From positions 587 through 64,586 of the forward strand of contig JBAZYS010000004.1 of assembly GCA_041659205.1 (NCBI GenBank): a DNA stretch of 64,000 nt, given 5' to 3'. Below, in pieces: positions 8,921 to 18,711 of this stretch. The first letter of the stretch is position 1. Each line of letters starts with the position of its first letter. Under the pieces are notes generated by a model. The model did not search any database, was not told the origin of the DNA, and saw only the letters and a list, made by a program, of their open reading frames with translations. Made by a program: the position numbers and the translations under genes. The stretch is from Minisyncoccota bacterium. GTDB lineage: Bacteria; Patescibacteriota; Minisyncoccia; Phycocordibacterales; UBA9973.

Positions 8921-10386
8921 GACTTACCAAAAGACATAAGCTTTGAAAGCAGACTGTTTTTTTCTAGGTAAGACTTTATGTGCTTTCGAGCGACAGTTGT
9001 TTTAACATATTCAAGCCATTTGCCAGATGGTTTGGAATCTTTTCGTGTTGAAATTTCGACGATGTCGCCATTTTTTAATTTTGTAAAAATTTGAGACATT
9101 TTATTATTAATTTTAGCTGCAAAGATATGATCTCCGATATCTGTATGTATCGAATAAGCAAAATCAATTGGAGTTGAGTCCTCTGGGAGGTCTACAACGT
9201 CTCCTTCAGGTGTAAAAACGAAGATACGGTCATTAAAGAAATCCATTTTGAGGTGCTCTATGAAGTTTTTTGGGTCATTTGGATTATAATTTAGCTCTTT
9301 TAACTCTTCGATCCATTTGAATTTATCCTTATCTCCTCTGACTTTTTTTACACCTTGCTCTTTGTAGGCAAAATGTGCGGCAATACCATAAGCTGCTTCT
9401 ACGTGCATGTCTTTTGTTCGTATTTGGATTTCTGCAATTCCACCGAGCCCAGTAAAAATAGTTGTGTGGATAGAGCGGTAACCGTTTGGCTTTGGGACGG
9501 CAATGTAATCTTTAATCCTACCGGGGAGTGGGTTCCAGATTGAGTGAACTAATCCTAAAACGTGATAACAATCTTCAACAGAATCGACGACTACTCGAAG
9601 AGCGACGATATCATTTATTTTGTCTAAATCAAAATTATATTTTAAAAGTTTTTTATAAAGGCTGTATTTATGTTTAACTCGGTAATCTATTTCAATAAAT
9701 TTTACTTTATTCTTTTTTAACATTTTTTCAAGCTCCGTACGAACTTCATCAAGATTTTTTTCATATAAATCTTTATTCTCTTTTATGATTTCTTCAACTT
9801 GAGAGTATTCATTTGGATAAGCATAAGGAAAAGCCGCATCTTCAATCTCACCTTTAAGTTTTCCCATGCCGAGTCTGTTTGCAAGCGGAGCATATACTTC
9901 AATTGACTCGACTGCGATTCTTTGTCTTTTGTCTTCACGTACAAATTCTAACGTTTTCAAGTTATGGAGCCTGTCAGCAAATTTTATTATGACTACCCGT
10001 AGATCATTTGCCATCGCAACGAAAAATTTACGCAAGGATTCTACGTGTCTTTCGTGTCCTCGATATTTTAAGGTTCCAAGCTTTGTTACTCCTTTAATTA
10101 AAAATAATATATCGTCGCCGAATTCTTTTCGGATTACTTCCTCTGGTGTTGGTGTATCTTCTAATACATCATGGAGTAGTCCTGCGGCAATTGTCTGAGT
10201 ATCCATTCCAAGTTTTGCTAATGTCTTTGCCGTTTCGAAAACGTGAGTGAAATAAGGTTCACCACTTAACCTCTTTTGTTCTGCGTGAGCTTTCTCAGCA
10301 AAAAGATAAGCCTTATTTATGAGTTCTTCCTCCTTTTTGTTTATATTACCTTCGATAATATCTATTATTTCCTTCACATCTGTCAT
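8917..10386 (-). CDS. RelA/SpoT-family (p)ppGpp synthetase/hydrolase (HD-SYNTH-TGS)
   Basis: HDVLED, ADRLHN, YRSIH, EIQIRT, TGS domain at the C-terminus. Confidence 0.93.
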   Translation of the reverse strand: MTDVKEIIDIIEGNINKKEEELINKAYLFAEKAHAEQKRLSGEPYFTHVFETAKTLAKLGMDTQTIAAGLLHDVLEDTPTPEEVIRKEFGDDILFLIKGVTKLGTLKYRGHERHVESLRKFFVAMANDLRVVIIKFADRLHNLKTLEFVREDKRQRIAVESIEVYAPLANRLGMGKLKGEIEDAAFPYAYPNEYSQVEEIIKENKDLYEKNLDEVRTELEKMLKKNKVKFIEIDYRVKHKYSLYKKLLKYNFDLDKINDIVALRVVVDSVEDCYHVLGLVHSIWNPLPGRIKDYIAVPKPNGYRSIHTTIFTGLGGIAEIQIRTKDMHVEAAYGIAAHFAYKEQGVKKVRGDKDKFKWIEELKELNYNPNDPKNFIEHLKMDFFNDRIFVFTPEGDVVDLPEDSTPIDFAYSIHTDIGDHIFAAKINNKMSQIFTKLKNGDIVEISTRKDSKPSGKWLEYVKTTVARKHIKSYLEKNSLLSKLMSFGKS

Positions 10387-10429
10387 GTGAAGATTATAGC
10401 ACGTGCAAAAAGCTTACAAAAATTGTATC

Positions 10430-12667
10430 CTAGGCCTCAATTTTAGGGATTTTGTGAGGGTTATGCATTTTGCAAGCTTTGTTTGAGCAACGTTCAGGAA
10501 TGGTTTTCGTTCCTTCCATCATTAAACTGCCGCATTCTTTACAGATATTTCCCGTTGGTTTTGCTTTAATAGCAAATTTACAATCAGGATAGTTTGAACA
10601 TGAATAAAATATTCCGAATCTTCCACGTCTTTCTGTGATATCACCAACCTTACAAGTCGGGCACATTATGCCAGTGCGTTTTCTTGCTTCCTCTGCTTCA
10701 TCTTTTTTAATAAATTTACATTTTGGATAACGTGAACAAGAAATAAATGTACCTGTACCATCACGTCTTTCTTTGATGACGAGCTTGCCTCCACCAGATT
10801 TACCTTTTTTCTCGCCACACAAAGGACAGAGTTCGCCAGTTTCTTCTGGACCTTTTAATTCTGTGCCATCAAGCATGAGTGCTCCATCACAATCTGGATA
10901 TTTTGAACAAGAATAAAATTTACCACCACGAGAGAGTTTGATTATCATTGCACTTCCACACTTCGGACATTTAATATTTTCCGGTGCATCACCTAGGTTC
11001 GTAGCTTTTTCTAATTTTTCTTTAATTTTTATTTCTTTGAGAAACGGTATATAGAAATCCTTCAATGTTTTTTCGTATTCACGCTCACCACGAGATATTT
11101 CGTCAAGCTCATCTTCCATTTCAGCGGTAAATGTATCTGAAATATAATTTGCGAAATGTGCCTCTAAAAAATCTGACACGACTTCGCCGACATCGGTAGG
11201 GAAGAGAGTTTTTCCTTCTTTCTTAACATACCCTCGGTCCTCTATGGTTCTCATGATGGATGCATAAGTTGAAGGTCGTCCAATGCCTCTTGCCTCGAGT
11301 TCTTTAATGAGTCCTGCTTCAGAATATCTTCCTAGCGGTTCAGTAAATTTTTCTTCTCCACTTAAGCCGAGTAATTTTAATTTCTCTCCTTCTTTACATA
11401 GAGGAAGTTCTACGTCCTCGCCCCGAGCACCCGTATCTACAGCGAGCCATCCAGGGAAAAGTAAACGAGACCCAACTGCACCGAATTCTGGGATGTCATC
11501 ATGACCTTCAACTATTGCAGTTATTTTTGTCTTAAGCAATTTCGCTTCTGTCATTTGGGAAGATATAGCACGCTCCCAGATGAGTCTGTATAGTTTACTT
11601 TGATCATCGGTACCAGCTTGTAACTTTTCAATATGGGTTGGTCGGATAGCTTCATGAGCTTCTTGAGCATTTTTCGATTTAGTTTTATATATTCTAGCTT
11701 CAGCATATTTATCACTATATTCTTTTTTCACGAACGCTAAAATTTGAGACACTGCGACAGCTGATAAATTTGTACTGTCTGTTCTCATATATGTAATATG
11801 CCCAGCTTCGTAGAGTTTCTGAGCTATTTGCATCGTACGTGAAGGAGAATATCCGAGTCGTGAAGAAGCTGTTTGCTGAAGTGTAGAGGTAGTAAAGGGT
11901 GCCCGAGGAGACCTCTTTTGTTCGGACTCTTTAACTCCTTTAACTATCCAGGAACCCTTTTTCCCCTCGGTCATTATTTTCTCAAATAACTTTTCGTCGC
12001 GAGGCTCTTCAGAACAAGTAAGAGTAATTTTATCCTTCTTTGATGTTTCAAATAATCCTAATATTTTCCAATATTTTTCAGGAATGAAAGCACGAATTTC
12101 TCTCTCACGTTCCATTATTATGCGAAGTGCCGGGGATTGAACTCGTCCTGCTGAAAGTCCGTATCGAACCTTCTTCCAGATGAGTCCACTTAAGTCATAT
12201 CCTACAAGTCTATCGAGCACTCTGCGTGCTTCTTGAGCCTTACGTAAATCAGTATCAATTTTTCGTGGGGCTTTTATTGCTTCCTCGACTGCTTCTTTTG
12301 TAATTTCGTGAAATGTTACTCTAGATATAGGTGCTTTTACTTTCTTGTCTTCTTTGAGCAATGTCTCTATGTGCCAAGCGATAGCTTCTCCTTCACGGTC
12401 AGGGTCTGTCGCGAGTAATACTTCTGTTGCTTTTTCAGCAAGTCCCTGAAGTTCGTGGACGATCTTTTCTTTGCCTTTTGAAATTTCATAATGAGGAATA
12501 AATCCACCTTCTATGTCGATGGCTTGTTTATTTGATTTTGGTAAATCACGAATATGTCCGACAGATGCACGCACAGTAAATTTATCCGCCGGAGAGGAGG
12601 AAGCACCCTCGAGGTATTTCTCAATGGTTTTCGCTTTCGATGGTGATTCTACGATTAATAATTTCAT
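10430..12667 (-). CDS. topA: DNA topoisomerase I
   Basis: IVESPSKAK, DPDREGE, SAGRVQS, ITYMRTDS; C-terminal Zn ribbons. Confidence 0.97.
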   Translation of the reverse strand: MKLLIVESPSKAKTIEKYLEGASSSPADKFTVRASVGHIRDLPKSNKQAIDIEGGFIPHYEISKGKEKIVHELQGLAEKATEVLLATDPDREGEAIAWHIETLLKEDKKVKAPISRVTFHEITKEAVEEAIKAPRKIDTDLRKAQEARRVLDRLVGYDLSGLIWKKVRYGLSAGRVQSPALRIIMEREREIRAFIPEKYWKILGLFETSKKDKITLTCSEEPRDEKLFEKIMTEGKKGSWIVKGVKESEQKRSPRAPFTTSTLQQTASSRLGYSPSRTMQIAQKLYEAGHITYMRTDSTNLSAVAVSQILAFVKKEYSDKYAEARIYKTKSKNAQEAHEAIRPTHIEKLQAGTDDQSKLYRLIWERAISSQMTEAKLLKTKITAIVEGHDDIPEFGAVGSRLLFPGWLAVDTGARGEDVELPLCKEGEKLKLLGLSGEEKFTEPLGRYSEAGLIKELEARGIGRPSTYASIMRTIEDRGYVKKEGKTLFPTDVGEVVSDFLEAHFANYISDTFTAEMEDELDEISRGEREYEKTLKDFYIPFLKEIKIKEKLEKATNLGDAPENIKCPKCGSAMIIKLSRGGKFYSCSKYPDCDGALMLDGTELKGPEETGELCPLCGEKKGKSGGGKLVIKERRDGTGTFISCSRYPKCKFIKKDEAEEARKRTGIMCPTCKVGDITERRGRFGIFYSCSNYPDCKFAIKAKPTGNICKECGSLMMEGTKTIPERCSNKACKMHNPHKIPKIEA

Positions 12668-12721
12668 AGTTTAGCAAGTATTACACGAAAATGTTTTTTT
12701 TTGCAAATTTTCTAAAAAATA

Positions 12722-13588
12722 TTAACTAAAACTTGCATGAATCTCTCCGAGCTCTTCTTTAATTAATCCTTTAATTTCCATAACAGACAAAAGTGCATTA
12801 GCTGTTGGGGTGGGCATTTTCATCGCCCGAATTAATTCATCACGTGGGGCTGGTTCACGAAGTAAATTTACGACTAATTTTTCTTCTGGTAATAAATCTA
12901 AAAATAGCTTTGCTTGTTTTTCTTTATTTTTTGGAAGCTCAAAACCGAGAGCTTCCAAAACTTCTTCACTGCAAGTAACGGGCGTCGCCCCCTGATGTAA
13001 TAATTTATTCACCCCTTTTGAATTAGGAGAAAATATTGAACCAGGCACGACCAATACATCTCTATTGTATTCTGTTGCAAGTCTAGCCGTTATTAGTGTA
13101 CCAGACCTTTCTTCGGCCTCTATTATAAGTGTCGCTCTTGATATTCCCGCCATTAGACGATTTCTTCGGCCGAAGCTCCATAACGTTGCCTTAAAATCAG
13201 GTTCAAATTCTGACAAGAAGCATCCACCATTTGCGAAAATTTCTTCAGCCAATTTTACATTTGTTTTGGGGTACATCGCTTCAGGCGATAATCCTGAACC
13301 AGGAAAAACTAGAGCCCTTAATCCTACAGACAATGCTTTCTTATGAGCGATAGCATCTATACCCATAGCAAGGCCAGAAACAATTACTATCGGATAGCCC
13401 TTGAGTCCTCCAATTATCTTTTCGCAAGCTTCACGCCCGTATGAAGTAAATTTTCTAGAACCAACGACACAAAGGTAAATTAATTCCTCTGGTGGCAGTT
13501 CGCCCATAACCCAGAGGTCTTTCGGTGGTTGAGGAATTTCCAATAATGCTTTTGGAAAATCACTTTTAGGTAATTTTTTTATTTTCAT
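12722..13588 (-). CDS. dprA: DNA-processing protein DprA
   Basis: VVGSR, VSGLAMGID, RNRLMAG, SGTLITA; ATG at 13588 preferred as start. Confidence 0.93.
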   Translation of the reverse strand: MKIKKLPKSDFPKALLEIPQPPKDLWVMGELPPEELIYLCVVGSRKFTSYGREACEKIIGGLKGYPIVIVSGLAMGIDAIAHKKALSVGLRALVFPGSGLSPEAMYPKTNVKLAEEIFANGGCFLSEFEPDFKATLWSFGRRNRLMAGISRATLIIEAEERSGTLITARLATEYNRDVLVVPGSIFSPNSKGVNKLLHQGATPVTCSEEVLEALGFELPKNKEKQAKLFLDLLPEEKLVVNLLREPAPRDELIRAMKMPTPTANALLSVMEIKGLIKEELGEIHASFS

Positions 13589-13599
13589 ACGAATGCAAA

Positions 13600-13711
13600 T
13601 AAAAAGTAGCAAATATCTTTTAAAAACCGCACATAATTTTTTACTAAAAATTTGCTAAGCTCTGCTCGTCAGCCTCTGCAATGCTTTTTAAAAGTTATTT
13701 ACTACTTTTTA
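13600..13711. repeat. Branched palindromic element between the divergent dprA and serS genes
   Basis: Arms 13600-13626/13685-13711; internal hairpin AATTTTT-TACT-AAAAATT; GCTCGTCAGCCT at 13664-13675. Confidence 0.7.
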
Positions 13712-13773
13712 GTACGTTAATAATATTATGTATTCTTCTTTTCAATATGCAAAATATATTATATACTCTCTAT

Positions 13774-15039
13774 ATGTTAGATATCAAATTTATTCGTGAA
13801 AACAAAGACATTGTGCAAGCAGGTGCGAAGAAAAAGCATGTAGATATAGACATCGAACATTTGCTTTCTCTCGATGATGCACGCTTAAAAGAGCTTAAGG
13901 AAGTGGAAGAACTTCGTAGTGAAGTAAATAGAGTTTCAAATGACATTGCTCGCAATCAAGATTCCGCACTCAAGGTTCAGCTCATAGAGGAGATGCGTGT
14001 CGTGAAGGATGACATCAAGGCAAAAGAAGAAAAACTAAAAACAATTACTGAGGAATGGCAGAAGATGATGGTTCATGTGCCAAATATTCCTGATATGTCT
14101 GTACCTGATGGAGAAAGTGATGAAGACAATGTTGAAATTCGTGCCTGGGGAGAAAAACCAGTATTTAATTTCACTCCGAAGAGTCATGTGGAATTGATGG
14201 AGAATTTAGACATGGTTGATTTTGAACGCGGAGTAAAAGTTTCTGGCTTCCGTGGATATTTTATGAAGAACGACGGGGCAACTTTATTTTTTGCTTTGTG
14301 GCAATATTTTTTAAATTATTTTATTGAACAGGGTTATACCCCAATGATTGTGCCTTCACTTGTACGTAAGGAATCATTAATAGGTACTGGTATGCTTCCT
14401 CAGTCAGAAGAAGATTTATATAAAGTTGGGGAGAATGAATACCTCGCTGGGACAGCGGAAGTCGCTACGATGGGTTACTATATGAATGAAGTTTTAGATA
14501 AAAAAGATTTACCTAAAAAGTTTATTAGCTTTTCTCCTTGTTTCCGCGCGGAAGCAGGCAAACATGGTAAAGATGTAAAAGGTATCATCCGCGTACATGA
14601 ATTTTTCAAAATTGAGCAAGTCATCCTCACTGAGGCATCTCATGAAGAGTCAGTAAAATGGCATGAAGAGATAACAGCCCATGTAGAGCACTTGATGCAG
14701 ACATTAAAATTACCATATCGAGTAGTTGTAAACTGCGGTGGAGACCTAGGACTCGGGCAAGTTAAAAAGTATGACATTGAAGCTTGGATGCCTTCTCAGG
14801 CTAAATATAGAGAAACTCATTCATCTTCTTACTTTCATGATTTTCAAACTCGTCGTTTAGGAATCAAATACAGAGATGATGATGGTAAATTACGTTTTGT
14901 GCACTCATTAAACAATACTGCTTGTGCAACTTCACGATTACCTGCATCACTTGTAGAAAACTATCAACAAGAAGACGGAAGCGTTATAATTCCTGAAGTT
15001 TTACGTAAATACATGGGAGGAAAAGAAGTTATAAAATAA
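13774..15039 (+). CDS. serS: Seryl-tRNA synthetase
   Basis: MLDIKFIREN start, GTAE, FRAEAG, RVHEFFK, ENYQ. Confidence 0.96.
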   Translation: MLDIKFIRENKDIVQAGAKKKHVDIDIEHLLSLDDARLKELKEVEELRSEVNRVSNDIARNQDSALKVQLIEEMRVVKDDIKAKEEKLKTITEEWQKMMVHVPNIPDMSVPDGESDEDNVEIRAWGEKPVFNFTPKSHVELMENLDMVDFERGVKVSGFRGYFMKNDGATLFFALWQYFLNYFIEQGYTPMIVPSLVRKESLIGTGMLPQSEEDLYKVGENEYLAGTAEVATMGYYMNEVLDKKDLPKKFISFSPCFRAEAGKHGKDVKGIIRVHEFFKIEQVILTEASHEESVKWHEEITAHVEHLMQTLKLPYRVVVNCGGDLGLGQVKKYDIEAWMPSQAKYRETHSSSYFHDFQTRRLGIKYRDDDGKLRFVHSLNNTACATSRLPASLVENYQQEDGSVIIPEVLRKYMGGKEVIK

Positions 15040-15932
15040 TGCAAAAAAGAAATGTTTTAAATTCTCCGCGCCTTTTAGAATTAAAAAAAGAAAGGCGAAG
15101 AGCTGTTTTAAATAAAATATTAGTCTCTTTGTTAGGTTTTTTTATTGTATTCTTTTTGCTTGCTTATCTTTCAAATTTGAAAAGTTTAAATGTCACTAGT
15201 GTAGAGATATATGGAAATAATGTAGTCGACACAGCAATACTTAAAGATAATGTAACTGAACAAATAAAAGGTAAATACTTGTGGCTTTTCCCTAAGACCA
15301 ATGTATTTTTATATCCAAACAATTCCATCAAAAGAGGACTGTGGGATAAATTTAAGAGATTAAAGGACATAAGTGTTTCAACTAAAGATAATAAAATTTT
15401 AGTAGTAAATCTTACTGAGCGAGTAGCGAAATATACTTGGTGCGGAAATAGTTTAATAACTACAGAGGATCAAAAATGCTATTTCCTAGATGATGATGGT
15501 TATGTTATCGACGAAGCGCCGTATTTTTCTGGAGAAGTCTATTTTAAATTTTATGGCCTGACTGCGCAGGCAGGCTTAACTTCTGCTGCAGAACCTCTCG
15601 GTTCATATTTTTCAAAAGATAAATTTAAACAGCTAGTTTTATTCAAAGATGTCTTAATTAGTATTAATTTAAAACCTGTGGCTCTTTATGTCACAAATAA
15701 CAAAGAGGTGGAGATATATTTATCAAAGGGAAATACAATACCAACGGGTGGGCCTAAAATAATTTTTAAAATTGATGCGGATTTTCAGAATGTAGCAGAA
15801 AATTTAGAAGCTGCCCTGAATGCTGAACCACTGAAAACAAAGTTTAAGACAAAATATACATCACTGGAGTACCTTGATTTACGTTTTGGTAATAAAGTAT
15901 ATGATAGGTTTTCGACCACTCTAGTAAAATAA
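15039..15932 (+). CDS. FtsQ/DivIB-like bitopic membrane protein
   Basis: One TM helix, POTRA-like region, C-terminal YLDLRFGNKVY. Confidence 0.7.
   Translation: MQKRNVLNSPRLLELKKERRRAVLNKILVSLLGFFIVFFLLAYLSNLKSLNVTSVEIYGNNVVDTAILKDNVTEQIKGKYLWLFPKTNVFLYPNNSIKRGLWDKFKRLKDISVSTKDNKILVVNLTERVAKYTWCGNSLITTEDQKCYFLDDDGYVIDEAPYFSGEVYFKFYGLTAQAGLTSAAEPLGSYFSKDKFKQLVLFKDVLISINLKPVALYVTNNKEVEIYLSKGNTIPTGGPKIIFKIDADFQNVAENLEAALNAEPLKTKFKTKYTSLEYLDLRFGNKVYDRFSTTLVK
15556..15575. repeat. Short GC-rich REP-like palindrome inside a CDS
   Basis: GCCTGACTGCGCAGGCAGGC imperfect hairpin in AT-rich coding sequence. Confidence 0.55.
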
Positions 15933-15933
15933 T

Positions 15934-16980
15934 ATGAAAAACTTTTGGAAAAAACTCAAGAAACCCATTTTCGTCTTGGCTCCCATGGCTGATGTCACGG
16001 ACTGTGCTTTCAGGCAAATTATCGCTAAATATGGCTCTCCAGACGTCTTTTGGACAGAGTTTGTATCAGCAGATGGCCTTGCACATCTGAAAGCGAGAGA
16101 GAAACTCCTAATTGATTTAAAATTTTCCAGAAATGAACATCCTATCGTCGCACAAATATTCGGTTCAAAGCCTGAGAATATAAAGACTGCTGCAGCATTA
16201 TGTAAAAAGCTTGGCTTCGATGGTGTAGATATAAATATGGGTTGCCCAAATAAATCAATTGAGAAGCAGAATTCCGGCGCCGCGATGATGAAAAATGCAG
16301 ACCTAGCTGGAGAGATTATCAAAGCTGCGAAAGAGGGGGCAAATGGTTTACCTATCTCAGTGAAAACTCGTATTGGTTACAATAAAAATGAAATTGAAAA
16401 TTGGATACCATTTTTACTTAAACAAAATTTAGCAGTGCTCACTGTTCATTTAAGAACTCGGAAAGAAATGTCTGATGTTCCTGCTCATTGGGACTTGATG
16501 AAAAGAATAGTAGAGATTAGAGACGAACTCGGAGTAGAAACTTTAATAATAGGGAATGGGGATGTCACAGATTTAGAAGATGCGAAAAAGAAAGTAAAAG
16601 AGACGGGTTGCGATGGGGTGATGCTTGGCAGAGCAATCTTTGGTAATCCGTGGTTATTTACTCCTTTGCGCTTGGAACATATTTCAAAAAGCAATCTATC
16701 TGGTGTTGCTACACCAGCGAACTTCTCGGCTCGTCAGCCTGCGAAAGGCTTTTCTCAATATGTTCCTTCGCTCCAAGAAAAACTTAAAGCCATGATAGAG
16801 CATACGAAACTTTTTGAGAAAATGCTCGTTCCGCATAAAAACTTCGCTGTAATGAAGAAGCATTTCAAAGCATATGTGAATGGTTTTGATGGTGCCAAGG
16901 AGCTTCGAGTAAAATTAATGGAAACCGAAAACGCTAAACAAGTTGCAGATATTGTAAAGGATTTCTTGAAAACTCGTTGA
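15934..16980 (+). CDS. tRNA-dihydrouridine synthase (Dus family)
   Basis: LAPMAD, DINMGCP, SVKTRIG, GNGD, GRAIFGNPW. Confidence 0.93.
   Translation: MKNFWKKLKKPIFVLAPMADVTDCAFRQIIAKYGSPDVFWTEFVSADGLAHLKAREKLLIDLKFSRNEHPIVAQIFGSKPENIKTAAALCKKLGFDGVDINMGCPNKSIEKQNSGAAMMKNADLAGEIIKAAKEGANGLPISVKTRIGYNKNEIENWIPFLLKQNLAVLTVHLRTRKEMSDVPAHWDLMKRIVEIRDELGVETLIIGNGDVTDLEDAKKKVKETGCDGVMLGRAIFGNPWLFTPLRLEHISKSNLSGVATPANFSARQPAKGFSQYVPSLQEKLKAMIEHTKLFEKMLVPHKNFAVMKKHFKAYVNGFDGAKELRVKLMETENAKQVADIVKDFLKTR
16668..16771. repeat. Branched palindromic element inserted in frame in dus
   Basis: GGAACATATT 16674-16683 / AATATGTTCC 16757-16766; inner CTGGTGT-TGCT-ACACCAG; GCTCGTCAGCCT at 16729-16740. Confidence 0.75.
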
Positions 16981-17011
16981 GGTATTTCTTTCTAGGGGGT
17001 TTTGAGCAGAA

Positions 17012-17124
17012 AATTTTTGGAATAATACTTTTCGCAGGGGTTTTGCAAGCGACGGCGAGCAAACTTCAGGACTCTTTAAGCTTCAAAGAGTCCGTACCAA
17101 AGAAAAGTGATTATTCCAAAAATT
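17012..17124. repeat. Branched palindromic element, copy B
   Basis: Outer stem 17012-17033/17102-17124; core matches copy A with a compensatory pair change. Confidence 0.85.
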
Positions 17125-17148
17125 ATATAAATGTACTATAATGATTCC

Positions 17149-18189
17149 ATGCATGACTTAGCTTTATATCGTAAATACAGGCCACAGAAGTGGGATCAAG
17201 TCTTCGGGCAAGAACACATCACCGATGTATTAGAGAGCTCTGTAGGGTCAAATAAAGTCTCTCATGCATACCTTTTCGTAGGATCTAGAGGCACAGGCAA
17301 GACGACCGTAGCCCGTATTTTTGCGAAAGAGATAGGCGTATCTGTAAACGACCTCTATGAGATAGATGCCGCCTCAAACAGAGGAATAGAAGATATAAAA
17401 GAACTCCGCGACGGCGTGCGAGTGTTGCCATTCGATTCGAAATACAAAGTTTACATCATAGATGAAGTACACATGCTCTCCAAGGACGCCTGGGGTGCAC
17501 TCTTGAAGACTCTCGAAGAGCCACCAAAGCATGTCATTTTTATTCTTGCTACGACCGAGCTTCATAAAGTCCCTGAGACTATTGTTTCTCGTTGCCAGGT
17601 TTTCACTTTCAAAAAGGCTTCCGAGCTTATGTTGAAGAACATAATTTTATACGTTGCGAAGGAAGAAGGCTATGATTTAGAAAAGGGTGCAGCCGAGCTC
17701 CTTGCTATTTTAGCTGATGGTTCATATCGTGATGGCCTGGGTGAACTTCAGAAAGTTTTAAATTTCTCTAAGGGCAAGAAAATCAAAAGAGAAGACGTGG
17801 AGAAAATAACCGGTGCGCCGAAGACGACCCTCGTGAATGATTTTATAAGTGCGATAGCAGAGAAAGATTTAGAGAAAGGAATAACTGCTGTGCGAACTGC
17901 ATCAGAATCAAATTTAGATATGAAATTATATTTCAAGCTCATCATTCAGAAATTCCGCATGGCAATTATCTTGCGTTATGCTCCGAAATTAGAAAAAGAT
18001 ATGACAGGGGACTTAGGTGAGGAAGATTTAGTATTTCTAAAAGCATTAATAAAGGAAGATAAAAACAGTATGCTCCGTTCAGGAGCCTTAGCTACCTTAC
18101 TTTCTGCTTACCAAGACATAGATAATACGTTTGTCGCTGAGCTTCCGCTCGAGCTTGCTCTTGTAAAAATAATCTCTGAAGAAAAATAA
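17149..18189 (+). CDS. dnaX: DNA polymerase III subunit gamma/tau
   Basis: LYRKYRPQ, GSRGTGKTT, DEVHML, SRCQ. Confidence 0.95.
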   Translation: MHDLALYRKYRPQKWDQVFGQEHITDVLESSVGSNKVSHAYLFVGSRGTGKTTVARIFAKEIGVSVNDLYEIDAASNRGIEDIKELRDGVRVLPFDSKYKVYIIDEVHMLSKDAWGALLKTLEEPPKHVIFILATTELHKVPETIVSRCQVFTFKKASELMLKNIILYVAKEEGYDLEKGAAELLAILADGSYRDGLGELQKVLNFSKGKKIKREDVEKITGAPKTTLVNDFISAIAEKDLEKGITAVRTASESNLDMKLYFKLIIQKFRMAIILRYAPKLEKDMTGDLGEEDLVFLKALIKEDKNSMLRSGALATLLSAYQDIDNTFVAELPLELALVKIISEEK

Positions 18190-18190
18190 T

Positions 18191-18367
18191 ATGAGCGAAT
18201 TTAAAATCGGAAAAGTTCCACCTATATTTCCTGGCAATTTAAAGAAAGAAAAAGATCCCAGTGGAACAAAAGATAAAAAGAAAAAGTCTGATAAGGAGGA
18301 TGCAGTAGAATTCTCAGAAGAATTACAGGAATTATTAAAGAGAGCAAAGGAAAATGAATCCCGTTAG
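18191..18367 (+). CDS. Small charged hypothetical protein (58 aa, not in ORF track)
   Basis: ATG 1 nt after the dnaX stop; MSEFKIGKVPPIFPG...KENESR. Confidence 0.5.
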   Translation: MSEFKIGKVPPIFPGNLKKEKDPSGTKDKKKKSDKEDAVEFSEELQELLKRAKENESR

Positions 18368-18444
18368 ATGCCGCTATCGCAATTAAGTACATAAATATTT
18401 ATGAAATTAAATACTGCAAAAATTAATAACTCTAAATATCAGGT

Positions 18445-18648
18445 ATGCGAATTGACCGCGATCTGCTTCTAAACGGGATGAATAAATACCAGTGTTCAGA
18501 TTGCGGGTGGATATATGATGAGGCTATAGGATATCCCGAGCGGGGCATAGCTCCTGGAACCAAATGGGAAGATGTTCCTGATGACTTTAAATGTGCGAAC
18601 TGCAGTAACAGAAAAAACACCCATAAGTGGAAGAAGTTGAGAGAATAA
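18445..18648 (+). CDS. Rubredoxin (start may be 18478)
   Basis: [11 protein letters not shown]...[20 protein letters not shown]. Confidence 0.9.
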   Translation: MRIDRDLLLNGMNKYQCSDCGWIYDEAIGYPERGIAPGTKWEDVPDDFKCANCSNRKNTHKWKKLRE

Positions 18649-18662
18649 TTACTAAATAAGTA

Positions 18663-18690
18663 TAAAAAAAACGCCCCGAAGTCGAGGCGA
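18663..18690 (-). terminator. Intrinsic terminator
   Basis: Minus strand CGCCTCG-ACTT-CGGGGCG followed by T8. Confidence 0.75.
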
Positions 18691-18711
18691 TTTTGAGATG
18701 GATAGCGATGT

